Shown here: positions 10,590 through 18,639 of the stretch, one piece after another
Position numbering within the stretch: the first letter of the stretch is position 1
How the letters are laid out: each line of letters opens with the position of its first letter
Origin: a virus
Lineage: Duplodnaviria > Caudoviricetes
DNA length: 64,000 nt
Reading direction: 5' to 3' (one strand)
Virus record (IMG/VR): IMGVR_UViG_3300020046_004224
Notes under the pieces: model-generated
The model's input: the letters and a program-made list of their open reading frames with translations, nothing else
What the model was told of the DNA's origin: nothing
Database searches by the model: none
Translations under genes and position numbers: made by a program

Positions 10590-10805
10590 CTAAAATCTAC
10601 GAACAATTCTGCCTTTTGTATAATCTGTCGGAGACATTTCTAGTAATACCTTATCGCCAACTTCTGGCTTGATTCTATTCTTTGTCATCTTCCCTGATAG
10701 ATATGCCAAAACTTCGGCATCGACCTTTTCCAATGTAACTTTAAAAAATCCATTTGGAAGAATTTTTGTTACTAATGCCTTAACTTCGACACATGCTGTT
10801 TTCAT
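10590..10805 (-). CDS. infA: translation initiation factor IF-1
   Basis: LPN..F.V.L......LAYLSGKM..NRI....GDKV..EMSP.D.TKGRI..R. Confidence 0.95.
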   Translation of the reverse strand: MKTACVEVKALVTKILPNGFFKVTLEKVDAEVLAYLSGKMTKNRIKPEVGDKVLLEMSPTDYTKGRIVRRF

Positions 10806-11035
10806 AAATGAAACTTATACAATTTATTTGTCAAATCAACATTTTTATATAATTGCATATCAATTACATTCTCACGTTCCCGTCCATCTCTGTATGAGAT
10901 ACCAAATTCTTCTTGAGAATCAACAGTAATATCCAATTTAATTGGTGTTTTGGTATTTATACTCTTTTGGATGAATGCCATCATTACCAATATTGGTGAC
11001 AAAAGATCATCGCTTCCTTCTAATTCTAATTTCAT
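10802..11035 (-). CDS. hypothetical protein
   Basis: coupled to infA. Confidence 0.55.
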   Translation of the reverse strand: MKLELEGSDDLLSPILVMMAFIQKSINTKTPIKLDITVDSQEEFGISYRDGRERENVIDMQLYKNVDLTNKLYKFHL

Positions 11036-11046
11036 TTAACTATGTA

Positions 11047-11126
11047 TGAGGCGGCTCAGGGGATCGCACCCTGCTTTTTAATAAGAATTTTGCAGATTCT
11101 CCGTTTCACTAGCCACGTCAGCCGCC
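11047..11126 (-). tRNA. tRNA-Cys(GCA)
   Basis: anticodon arm AGAAT-CTGCAAA-ATTCT, U73. Confidence 0.85.
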
Positions 11127-11238
11127 ATTTATTTTACTTATAGTAGAGTACGATACAACACATCAACAAACATGCAAGTCATTTTCACTTTAAAGTTAAA
11201 ATGGTATGATATTGCGGGATGCAACTATAAGTATGTAT

Positions 11239-12177
11239 ATGTGGTTTGATAAATATATTTTCTATGATAAATTAGTATCTCCTATAAACGGATATGAATG
11301 TAAGCGGTTATCGTGCCAAAATATTAAAAATTTTGGGTTTTCTTCGATGGAGGAATTTCATAAAGAATATCCAGGATTTCCTACAAAATGTGAGAAACAA
11401 AAAACAATATATAAAGATTGCTTACAAGCAATGAGTGTTATAGGCAATGAAGTGGCTCGACAAAATAAAATTAAACGAATAGAAGAATATAAAAAATCCC
11501 CTAAGTTATGTATCAAATGTGGTAAAAGCTTGTCATACGAGCAACTTTTAGAAAACGGGGTATATTGTGGAAGAGTATGTGCCAACGAAAATAATAATGG
11601 CAAAACCTTATCCGAAGAAACAAAACAAAAAATAAAACAAAGTTTAAGAGAGCATTATGATGCCGATGGTATTGTGCTCAAGAAAAATACAACAATTCAG
11701 AAACAATGTATTATGTGTAACAAAAATTTCTATTGTAATTACAATTCCAATGCAAAAACATGTAGTTCAATATGTCGGACTGCTATTTGTACAAAAAAGT
11801 CGCGTGAAAATCCTAACTGCGGAGGGCAAAAACGGACACATAGAACATACTTCAATAATATTATAGGAGATTCTGCTTATTTAGAAAGTTCATTTGAAGT
11901 TCGTCTGGCGACCATCTTAAATAATATGAATATATTATGGACACGCCCTTCTTATCTGTGGTATCTAGATAAAACCACAAATAAAAGACGATATTATCCA
12001 GATTTTTACCTACCCATTTATAATGTGTATCTTGATCCTAAAAATGATTTCTTAATCAAGACTGATAGTAAAAAGATTGAAAGTTGTGCCGAATATAATA
12101 ATGTCAAGATATTCATTCTTTCGGATAATATGATAAACGAGTCATATATAACAGAGTTTATTCAGAAAATCTCATAA
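11239..12177 (+). CDS. homing endonuclease (NUMOD3, Zn fingers, PD-(D/E)XK)
   Basis: GKTLSEETKQKIK, ESSFE, RRYYPDFYLP....LDPKN; start re-called after TATAAGTA. Confidence 0.8.
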   Translation: MWFDKYIFYDKLVSPINGYECKRLSCQNIKNFGFSSMEEFHKEYPGFPTKCEKQKTIYKDCLQAMSVIGNEVARQNKIKRIEEYKKSPKLCIKCGKSLSYEQLLENGVYCGRVCANENNNGKTLSEETKQKIKQSLREHYDADGIVLKKNTTIQKQCIMCNKNFYCNYNSNAKTCSSICRTAICTKKSRENPNCGGQKRTHRTYFNNIIGDSAYLESSFEVRLATILNNMNILWTRPSYLWYLDKTTNKRRYYPDFYLPIYNVYLDPKNDFLIKTDSKKIESCAEYNNVKIFILSDNMINESYITEFIQKIS

Positions 12178-12182
12178 AGCAG

Positions 12183-12257
12183 TGGTACCCAATACAGGAC
12201 TCAAACCTGTAACTTTCGCAATGTAAATGCGACACTCTATCATTGAGTTAATCGGGC
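12183..12257 (-). tRNA. tRNA-Val(TAC)
   Basis: TCGCA-TTTACAT-TGCGA, CCA. Confidence 0.9.
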
Positions 12258-12271
12258 ATGTTTCATAAATT

Positions 12272-12348
12272 TGGTACCTATACAGAGATTCGAACTCTGA
12301 ACAAAATGTTTTTGAGACATTCCCCTCTGCCAATTGGGGTATATAGGC
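12272..12348 (-). tRNA. tRNA-Leu(CAA), short variable region
   Basis: AATGT-CTCAAAA-ACATT, CCA. Confidence 0.88.
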
Positions 12349-12359
12349 ATTTAAAAATT

Positions 12360-12440
12360 TGGTGCCCTCGACGAGATTCGAACTCGTAATTATGTCACAG
12401 TTTTTAAGACTGCCGGATATACCAATTCTCCTACGAGGGC
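12360..12440 (-). tRNA. tRNA-Leu(TAA)
   Basis: GCAGT-CTTAAAA-ACTGT, CCA. Confidence 0.9.
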
Positions 12441-12459
12441 TTATATATTACTTTTACTT

Positions 12460-12535
12460 TGGTACCCCTAGTAAGATTTGAACTTACAAACCAGGCTTCT
12501 AAGACCTGTACGGTTGCCAATTACGTCATAGGGGC
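12460..12535 (-). tRNA. tRNA-Leu(TAG), short variable region
   Basis: CAGGT-CTTAGAA-GCCTG, CCA. Confidence 0.9.
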
Positions 12536-12545
12536 ATTTAAAATT

Positions 12546-12621
12546 TGGCGAAGTGTACTGGTAATGCTCCAGCTATTTCTAACTTGACAGGTTAGCGACT
12601 CTACTTTTTGTCCTACACTCC
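12546..12621 (-). tRNA. tRNA-Asp(GTC)
   Basis: CTAAC-CTGTCAA-GTTAG, G73-CCA. Confidence 0.88.
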
Positions 12622-12694
12622 AAAGACCCCGAAAATTATGCATTATTAAGAGGCATCCAAGGTTTAATAATTCTACTTATACCATACACCAACA

Positions 12695-13309
12695 TTATTC
12701 TTTTGTAAAGCTTAATTTTGTGTATTTTCTCATATATTCTTGATACAACATATAAGTCCCTGACGAAAAATCAAATACCTGTTTATCAATCAAAAACCAA
12801 GGATCATGACTCATGACAATTGATGTTCCTTTAATTGTTGGTAATACATGATCGAAAAAAATGTGCTTGGCACGAACATCTAAATTTCCATCAATCTCAT
12901 CAAATATAAAAAGAGTCTTTTCTTCGTTTTTCTTTTTTGCCATTGCTACTATCTCCGCCTGACAATTAATCCCTTCTGACGAATGCAATGAGCCAATTCC
13001 TGCCGCTGACTCCATAGTTAGGTCTAAGTCTACCCACATACTTTGCCGAGTTTTAGCAGTGTAATGCCAAACATCAGTTATATCATCAAAACCTTCAAAT
13101 GAAAATCCCTTCATCATATAGTCTGGTGGAGGAGTCATCCAGTTTCCCTTTTTCTTTAACTTTTTATTTAGAAAATTAACTAATGTGGAAAATGTGACGG
13201 TTTTACCAGAACCATTTAAACCTACTACATATGTTATTGCATTTGGAATTATAGGAAGTTCAAAACCTTCTGGAATATTTTTTAAACCCTTTTCAAATTT
13301 TATTTTCAT
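12695..13309 (-). CDS. ABC-type ATPase
   Basis: GLNGSGKT, S.EG, FIFDEID.NLD, SHD. Confidence 0.8.
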   Translation of the reverse strand: MKIKFEKGLKNIPEGFELPIIPNAITYVVGLNGSGKTVTFSTLVNFLNKKLKKKGNWMTPPPDYMMKGFSFEGFDDITDVWHYTAKTRQSMWVDLDLTMESAAGIGSLHSSEGINCQAEIVAMAKKKNEEKTLFIFDEIDGNLDVRAKHIFFDHVLPTIKGTSIVMSHDPWFLIDKQVFDFSSGTYMLYQEYMRKYTKLSFTKE

Positions 13310-13312
13310 ATT

Positions 13313-13696
13313 TTAATCTTTTACTGGATATTCAAACATACTGAGGTGGCAATATCCATCTTCTCCTAATTCGTCCAGCCATACTGCACACCAAGAGGAA
13401 TATACTTCACATTTCTTAACAATATAAATTCCTCCTGTATGAAGTTTCTCTTTTGCATTTGCAATAATATTAGTAAAATGAGGATAAAACATTCCTTCGG
13501 CAGTTAAGAACTTTACTTTATCACCAACTTTCGGCCAATGATCGTCTTTAGGTTTTCTAAAAAAATCAGTCATTTCTTCGGGAGTAGCTATTGTATAGTC
13601 TATAGATTTATTCGATTTGGGTCGTGTTGGTCTGGATAGATATTTATATATTTCGTTATTCATGATGTTTTCCGAGCCATCGTTCATAATCCACAA
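13313..13696 (-). CDS. hypothetical protein
   Basis: ORF. Confidence 0.6.
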   Translation of the reverse strand: MWIMNDGSENIMNNEIYKYLSRPTRPKSNKSIDYTIATPEEMTDFFRKPKDDHWPKVGDKVKFLTAEGMFYPHFTNIIANAKEKLHTGGIYIVKKCEVYSSWCAVWLDELGEDGYCHLSMFEYPVKD

Positions 13697-13941
13697 CTTA
13701 CACAGGTTTCATAGGTAATCAAGGGAACAATTTTATTTTCTCCTGTTTTTTCTTTTATAAGAAGTGAGATATCGTGATAGAATTCCCACCACTCGGAGAA
13801 TGCAAACTCCAAACCATTTAATCTCATTACAGTTTTTACATCTGTATGATTTTCTATATTTGGATAATAATATAAACTATTCAACTGTTTAATTTTACCT
13901 TCTTTGAGAAGTTCTTGGGCTTCTTTTTCCGTTATCATCAT
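13684..13941 (-). CDS. hypothetical protein
   Basis: ORF, start re-called to coupled ATG. Confidence 0.55.
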   Translation of the reverse strand: MMITEKEAQELLKEGKIKQLNSLYYYPNIENHTDVKTVMRLNGLEFAFSEWWEFYHDISLLIKEKTGENKIVPLITYETCVSCGL

Positions 13942-14165
13942 ATACTTGTTAATTTTGTTATATCTATGATCAATTGTTCCAGCTTTTCGATTTTTCTTAT
14001 ATACTCGCCGCATCCATGATAATCTGTTTGTTCACAATCCCAACATTTATATTTCGGTTCTACTAGATTATTCGTTACAGGACAATCGTCATAACCGTAT
14101 TTACAGCCACAAACCTTGCAGCAATGCGTCTCACAGCATCTATGAGCTTGGAAGTTATCTATCAT
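13938..14165 (-). CDS. Cys-rich small protein
   Basis: HCC..CGCKYG.DDCPV. Confidence 0.6.
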   Translation of the reverse strand: MIDNFQAHRCCETHCCKVCGCKYGYDDCPVTNNLVEPKYKCWDCEQTDYHGCGEYIRKIEKLEQLIIDITKLTSI

Positions 14166-14181
14166 CTGATATATTTTTAAT

Positions 14182-14261
14182 TGGTATCTCCTGTGGGAAT
14201 TGAACCCTTATACAATTCAAAGTTCGAAGCTTTGCGTGATGTTCCATTTCACTAAAGAGAC
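14182..14261 (-). tRNA. tRNA-Arg(TCG)
   Basis: CAAAG-CTTCGAA-CTTTG, CCA; imperfect T stem. Confidence 0.8.
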
Positions 14262-14285
14262 ATTTAATTTAATCATCTTCCATAT

Positions 14286-14360
14286 TGGTGCCTCATCTAG
14301 GATTCGAACCTAGAATTCAAAATTCGTAGTGTTGTGTGATATCCATTTCACCAAAGAGAC
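14286..14360 (-). tRNA. tRNA-Arg(ACG)
   Basis: loop CTACGAA, CCA. Confidence 0.85.
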
Positions 14361-14367
14361 ATTTAAA

Positions 14368-14454
14368 TGGCAGAAACGGAGGGATTCAAACTCTAGACAC
14401 CTTGCGGTGTACTTGTTTTCCAAACAAGCTACTCAGTCAACTAGTTTACCTTCC
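14368..14454 (-). tRNA. tRNA-Ser(GGA)
   Basis: CTTGT-TTGGAAA-ACAAG, long variable arm, G73-CCA. Confidence 0.8.
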
Positions 14455-14464
14455 TTTTAAAATT

Positions 14465-14552
14465 TGGTGGGACAACCTAGAGTTGAACTAGTTGCCGCCG
14501 CCGCACTTATTAATGGCAATAGATTTACAGTCTACCGTGCGGGGATTATCCC
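14465..14552 (-). tRNA. tRNA-Tyr(GTA) with no canonical D arm
   Basis: GGGATAA/TTGTCCC-ACCA, GTAGA-CTGTAAA-TCTAT, only 10 nt between acceptor and anticodon stems. Confidence 0.75.
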
Positions 14553-14584
14553 TTTTGATACAATATCATATACTTATAGTTCTG

Positions 14585-15142
14585 TCAACCATAATAGTAA
14601 TCTTTCCATCTATCTCCTAAAATATCATATAAATTTTTCAGATCAGATTTTAAAATCTTATTAGTGTGTACTAGTCTATGACAGTTTGGACATAATAAAG
14701 TTAAATTTGTGTGGTTGTGCGGGTCGGGTATTTTTCGACCGTTGATGTGGTGAATGTCGCACGTTGATTCATTCCATGAACAAATCGAACATCCTATGTT
14801 TAATCTTTTTAAGATTTTAGAGACTGTTCTCTTGGAGAATTCTAGTAAAGATGTCGCTGTATCGGCTTTAAATTTATTTTTCGTTCCTCCACCAACCCTT
14901 TTCGATCTTTCGTCTGTTGATAACAGATTGTTATATTTCTTGCGAACAACGTTTTTATAATCCCCTCTTTCGTGCTTTAGGCTAATAGCATCTGCTATCT
15001 TTTTATTGTGTTCCTCCGAATGAACAGGTCTTTTTCTATTACTCGCCTTCGCTGCGCACGATAAATTACAAAATCTTTTATATGATTTATCCCAATTTGT
15101 TTTTGGAATAAATTCTAGACCACATTCTTCACATATTTTCAT
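14585..15142 (-). CDS. HNH homing endonuclease
   Basis: C..C...DIHHI......N...NL.LLCPNCH..VH. Confidence 0.88.
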   Translation of the reverse strand: MKICEECGLEFIPKTNWDKSYKRFCNLSCAAKASNRKRPVHSEEHNKKIADAISLKHERGDYKNVVRKKYNNLLSTDERSKRVGGGTKNKFKADTATSLLEFSKRTVSKILKRLNIGCSICSWNESTCDIHHINGRKIPDPHNHTNLTLLCPNCHRLVHTNKILKSDLKNLYDILGDRWKDYYYG

Positions 15143-15150
15143 TTTACGAA

Positions 15151-15190
15151 TACAGACTCCCGCTACACCACCAATCGTAGCCGTTAACGC
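15151..15190 (-). pseudogene. 5' half of a tRNA-Tyr(GTA), truncated at the anticodon
   Basis: GCGTTAA-CG-GCTAC-GATTGGTGGT-GTAGC-G-GGAGT-CTGTA, then the HNH start codon. Confidence 0.55.
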
Positions 15191-15214
15191 ATATTTACTT
15201 TACTTATCTTAAAA

Positions 15215-15412
15215 CTATCGAATATTCGCAGATACTACTTTACCATCTTTAATAACAAAATTTACTCGGTCGGAACGGGCATCCATAGTTACGAAAAATT
15301 TTTCATCGTCTCGCTCTAGCACCCGTGCTCGAAAGCCTTTTGACTTTGCCAAATCTCTTGCATCTTCTTCGGTTAGATTAAAATATTCTTTCATATTAAC
15401 ATACTCTTTCAT
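15215..15412 (-). CDS. small protein, I78 peptidase-inhibitor-like
   Basis: RV......VTMD.R.DRVN....DGKV. Confidence 0.6.
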   Translation of the reverse strand: MKEYVNMKEYFNLTEEDARDLAKSKGFRARVLERDDEKFFVTMDARSDRVNFVIKDGKVVSANIR

Positions 15413-15438
15413 AATCCACTACTATATCATCAGTATCA

Positions 15439-15723
15439 TCAAGTGTCAAGACGCTTCTGTTTATTATAGTACCAATTTGTTATCATCTTTATAAATGTCT
15501 TGTCTTTAAAATAAAGACAAAAAGTATATATAATGGCTAATAAAATCCCTACTATGAACACTGCTATTACAAATATATTTGTCCAGGGTATAATGCAAAA
15601 TATTATTGGCGGATCAGATATGGCAAATGTATGAAAATTAAAAAATTTAAACACTTTGTTCCAATATTTTCCGATAAAAAGAGCCAGAACAACACTGAGA
15701 ATATAATAAAATAAATAAATCAT
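15439..15723 (-). CDS. membrane protein
   Basis: two hydrophobic segments. Confidence 0.55.
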   Translation of the reverse strand: MIYLFYYILSVVLALFIGKYWNKVFKFFNFHTFAISDPPIIFCIIPWTNIFVIAVFIVGILLAIIYTFCLYFKDKTFIKMITNWYYNKQKRLDT

Positions 15724-15740
15724 AATTTTTAAAATTAAAC

Positions 15741-15817
15741 AGTGATTAAAGAGGCTCGAACTCCTTATTTCGGACTGACTATATATTGCCGCGTAATGTC
15801 CCTTATACTAAATCACC
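15741..15817 (-). ncRNA. tRNA-like RNA with aberrant anticodon arm
   Basis: acceptor GGTGATT/AATCACT, T loop TTCGAGC, enlarged anticodon loop. Confidence 0.55.
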
Positions 15818-15828
15818 TAAATTAAATT

Positions 15829-15902
15829 TGGTACTCTAGGTTGGTATCGAACCAACGTCTGCGACTTATCGGGTCGCTGCTAGGCCACTCAGCTACAGGA
15901 GC
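15829..15902 (-). tRNA. tRNA-Ile(GAT)
   Basis: GCGAC-CCGATAA-GTCGC, CCA. Confidence 0.88.
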
Positions 15903-15906
15903 ATTT

Positions 15907-15999
15907 TGGCGGATAGCAGAATATTCGAAATCCAACCTTGGATTGACCAAGATCACACTCCTTAGCAGGGAGGTCTACTGCCTTTGTAGTTTACTATCC
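15907..15999 (-). tRNA. tRNA-Ser(GCT)
   Basis: loop CTGCTAA, long variable arm, G73-CCA. Confidence 0.85.
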
Positions 16000-16695
16000 A
16001 TTAAAATTCTTCACCAAGGTATCATACACTTCTGAAAATGTCAACCCGTCTTTTAACTTTAAAATATCACCTTTTCGTAATACATAAAGTTTATGAGGAA
16101 AACTTTTCCATTTACATCTATCTTTTTCTGTTTCATACCCTTTAACTTCTACATAACATCCTAAAGTCTCTATGTAAAAATCAGGCGTATAATGACTGTC
16201 GATTCCGACCTCATTTGTATAAGGAAACCTTCTAGTATTTCGATCCCATATTAAATCAGAATTGTTCAATGCTTTTACAACTTCAACTTCCCAAGTTCCA
16301 TCTACTGATATATCGCACTGCTTTGATGTATTATACAATGTAATCTTTTTACATCTTCCGGCAGTAGATACCCAACCGTTCTCGTAACGTCTAAGCATAT
16401 CAAATTTTCTATCGCTCTTAAATTTAATCTTTTCTAATTCAGTCATCCTACCCCACATCGAACCTCTTTCGACTAAAGATTCTCGCATCTTATTCCTCAT
16501 ATTTTCTGCTAACTCAACTCCGTAGATTTCATCATACGTCTTACCTTTCCTACATGACGGAATAATATGCTTATATCCTTTCGGAAGTCCAGTTTTATGT
16601 TTGATTTTATCAGGATTTTGATCACACGACATTTCATGTGCTTTCATAGACCCTGCGTTATTAATAGTTCTTTGACAAAATTTACATTCCATCAA
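15994..16695 (-). CDS. homing endonuclease (PD-(D/E)XK)
   Basis: GTWE, YTPDFYI....YVEVKGY; stop codon lies inside the tRNA-Ser 5' end. Confidence 0.8.
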   Translation of the reverse strand: MMECKFCQRTINNAGSMKAHEMSCDQNPDKIKHKTGLPKGYKHIIPSCRKGKTYDEIYGVELAENMRNKMRESLVERGSMWGRMTELEKIKFKSDRKFDMLRRYENGWVSTAGRCKKITLYNTSKQCDISVDGTWEVEVVKALNNSDLIWDRNTRRFPYTNEVGIDSHYTPDFYIETLGCYVEVKGYETEKDRCKWKSFPHKLYVLRKGDILKLKDGLTFSEVYDTLVKNFNG

Positions 16696-16946
16696 ATTAC
16701 TTATTCAAATTCCTGCGAAAAACCAACATTCGCGTCTAATCCAATTTTATGAATACATTAATGCACCAAGAATAAGTCCTACGATAGACATAACCCCAAC
16801 AAACAAGAGTCCTCCACAAAAGGCTAAACCATGCCAATTAGAATAATCCACATTGTAATCTTTTTCCAAATCGTTGAATGTATAATGCAGTAGTTTTTTC
16901 ATGGGTTAATATTAACGCAGTTATTGTTTGTTGTCAACGAGATATT

Positions 16947-17330
16947 TCAGGGATAATGAGTTTCTTTACAAGCCTTCTCGATAAGTTTAATCCTGTCTAC
17001 TACATCCCCATGTTTCCGTAACTTCTGCAAACATACTCTCATATCAATTATATGATTTTCAAGAAGTTCTGCCCACCATTTACCCTTGGGGGTATTTCTA
17101 CCTTGTTTAGCATCATGTTCAAATAACAGTTCAGTTGTATTATCGATGCCTATTTGGATATTTCGAATAATCTCACCGATTTCAGTACTTTCTATACTCA
17201 CTGTCAAAGGTTCATAATCCTTTGGTGGAAGTAGAATATCAGGCATCTTTTTAGGGAAACATTCCGAACCATCGAAAAAATCTCTTTTGACGGAATCTTT
17301 CATCCAGTGTGTATTTGAATAATCACTCAT
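16947..17330 (-). CDS. hypothetical protein
   Basis: ORF. Confidence 0.55.
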   Translation of the reverse strand: MSDYSNTHWMKDSVKRDFFDGSECFPKKMPDILLPPKDYEPLTVSIESTEIGEIIRNIQIGIDNTTELLFEHDAKQGRNTPKGKWWAELLENHIIDMRVCLQKLRKHGDVVDRIKLIEKACKETHYP

Positions 17331-17499
17331 ATTTTATTAATGATTTAAATTCCAAATCTATCTCTTTTATTCGACTATTAATTAATTTAGTACGCCGTTG
17401 TCCGTAATCGGAAACCATATCTATTAATATTTGATATAGTTCCTTCCTCTCATTTGCAAGAGTATACACTAATGCTGATGTTGGATTATCTGTTTTCAT
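17323..17499 (-). CDS. hypothetical protein
   Basis: start re-called downstream of the RNA gene. Confidence 0.5.
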   Translation of the reverse strand: MKTDNPTSALVYTLANERKELYQILIDMVSDYGQRRTKLINSRIKEIDLEFKSLIKYE

Positions 17500-17510
17500 A
17501 AAATAATTAT

Positions 17511-17667
17511 AGGATAATAACAGGACTCGAACCTGTAAGGGACTTTCGTCTTCCATATATTTCTATACAGCCATAGTTAATTCTTTGACCTGGGGTACCG
17601 AACCTTTCGGTTTATTTATTCAGCATCTCTACACGATCCCCGCGTTTGCCATTTCGCCACACTATCC
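17511..17667 (-). ncRNA. tRNA-scaffold RNA with ~100-nt structured insert replacing the anticodon arm
   Basis: acceptor GGATAGTG/TATTATCC, D arm GCG-AAATGGCAAA-CGC, T arm ACAGG-TTCGAGT-CCTGT. Confidence 0.7.
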
Positions 17668-17670
17668 TAT

Positions 17671-17744
17671 TGATGTCCGTACGGTGCTCGCAACCGTTTC
17701 TCGTCCTTACCAAAGACGTGCATCACTACATATGCTTACAGACC
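17671..17744 (-). tRNA. tRNA-Thr(GGT)
   Basis: CGTCT-TTGGTAA-GGACG. Confidence 0.8.
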
Positions 17745-17761
17745 ATGTAATCTTCATCTTT

Positions 17762-17968
17762 CTAAAAAACTGTCTTTTGTGGAATGTTATGTGGTTTGCC
17801 TGTAACATCCTCTATTTTATCAAGTCTAAATCCGGCCCCTCGTCTTTTATTTCCAAAAATTTCTTTAGCAGATTTTAAATCTTCCGCAATTATTCTTCGA
17901 ATAGGCCAAGATGAACGGCCAGACCATTTACCTTTATGATAACTGTAGTGAAAAAGAAATACTCTCAT
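17762..17968 (-). CDS. hypothetical basic protein
   Basis: start re-called downstream of tRNA-Ser. Confidence 0.5.
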   Translation of the reverse strand: MRVFLFHYSYHKGKWSGRSSWPIRRIIAEDLKSAKEIFGNKRRGAGFRLDKIEDVTGKPHNIPQKTVF

Positions 17969-17992
17969 TTTGTCTTTTATTTTATAGTTTTT

Positions 17993-18080
17993 TGGCGGCG
18001 AGATAGAGATTCCAACTCTAGACACCTTTAACAGTGCAGGCATTTTCAAGATGCTTTCTTCGTGCTTCCAGACCCTCGCC
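17993..18080 (-). tRNA. tRNA-Ser(TGA)
   Basis: loop CTTGAAA, long variable arm, G73-CCA. Confidence 0.82.
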
Positions 18081-18103
18081 ATTTTATTCTACTTATTATT
18101 TTT

Positions 18104-18215
18104 TGGTGGACTATTTGAGATTTGAGATTTGAACTCATTCAGGCTGCGCGAACCTTTTCCAATTGTGTCATAGAGACTGCCTCTACTAATACCGTTGCAG
18201 GTAATTAACTAGCCC
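18104..18215 (-). ncRNA. tmRNA-like mini RNA (Ala identity, tag-like ORF)
   Basis: GGGCTA/TAGTCC-ACCA with G3:U70, T loop TTCAAAT, internal ORF ending GCA GCC TGA; own TTGACA-17-TATTGT promoter. Confidence 0.55.
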
Positions 18216-18389
18216 AATACTCTAAACAATAACCCTTGATTGTGCTATTGTCAAGAACTGAATATCTCAGGTAATGCAATAAAGAAACAATGTATTAAAA
18301 GAAATATCACATTTCCGACTAATGGTTATTGGCAGAGGATTCGTGCAGGTTATTCTCATGAAGAGGCACTTAATATTCGTCGAAATTAA

Positions 18390-18464
18390 TGGGGTTCTTG
18401 CCGAGGATCGAACTCGATTATATCGCTCCACAAGCGAGTGCATCACCAAAATGCTTCAAAAACC
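18390..18464 (-). tRNA. tRNA-His(GTG)
   Basis: loop TTGTGGA, G-1:C73 8-bp acceptor. Confidence 0.88.
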
Positions 18465-18476
18465 ATCTTTAAATTA

Positions 18477-18602
18477 AACAATATGTTGTATACCTCGAAG
18501 AACTACAACTATACACGTCTCAACTTTCGAAGCAGGATGAACGCCTCTTCTATTATCTTACGTGGTAAATCCTGAGATTGTTCATAATCTAGATATATTG
18601 TT
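18477..18602 (-). ncRNA. putative multibranched structured RNA
   Basis: closing AACAATAT/ATATTGTT, inner AGATT/AATCT, CAGGAT/ATCCTG, GTTGTA/TACAAC. Confidence 0.45.
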
Positions 18603-18639
18603 ATCGTAATATAACACTGGTGCTTCTTCTGGTCAAGCA

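Noticed and set aside
17511-17667. Group I intron or hammerhead ribozyme in a tRNA
   Set aside because: Too short, no P7 core, and CUGAAUA does not fit CUGANGA
17993-18080. tRNA-Sec or stop-codon suppressor
   Set aside because: The anticodon is UGA (Ser), not UCA; no CUA/UCA/UUA tRNA was found and genes end normally at TAG and TGA
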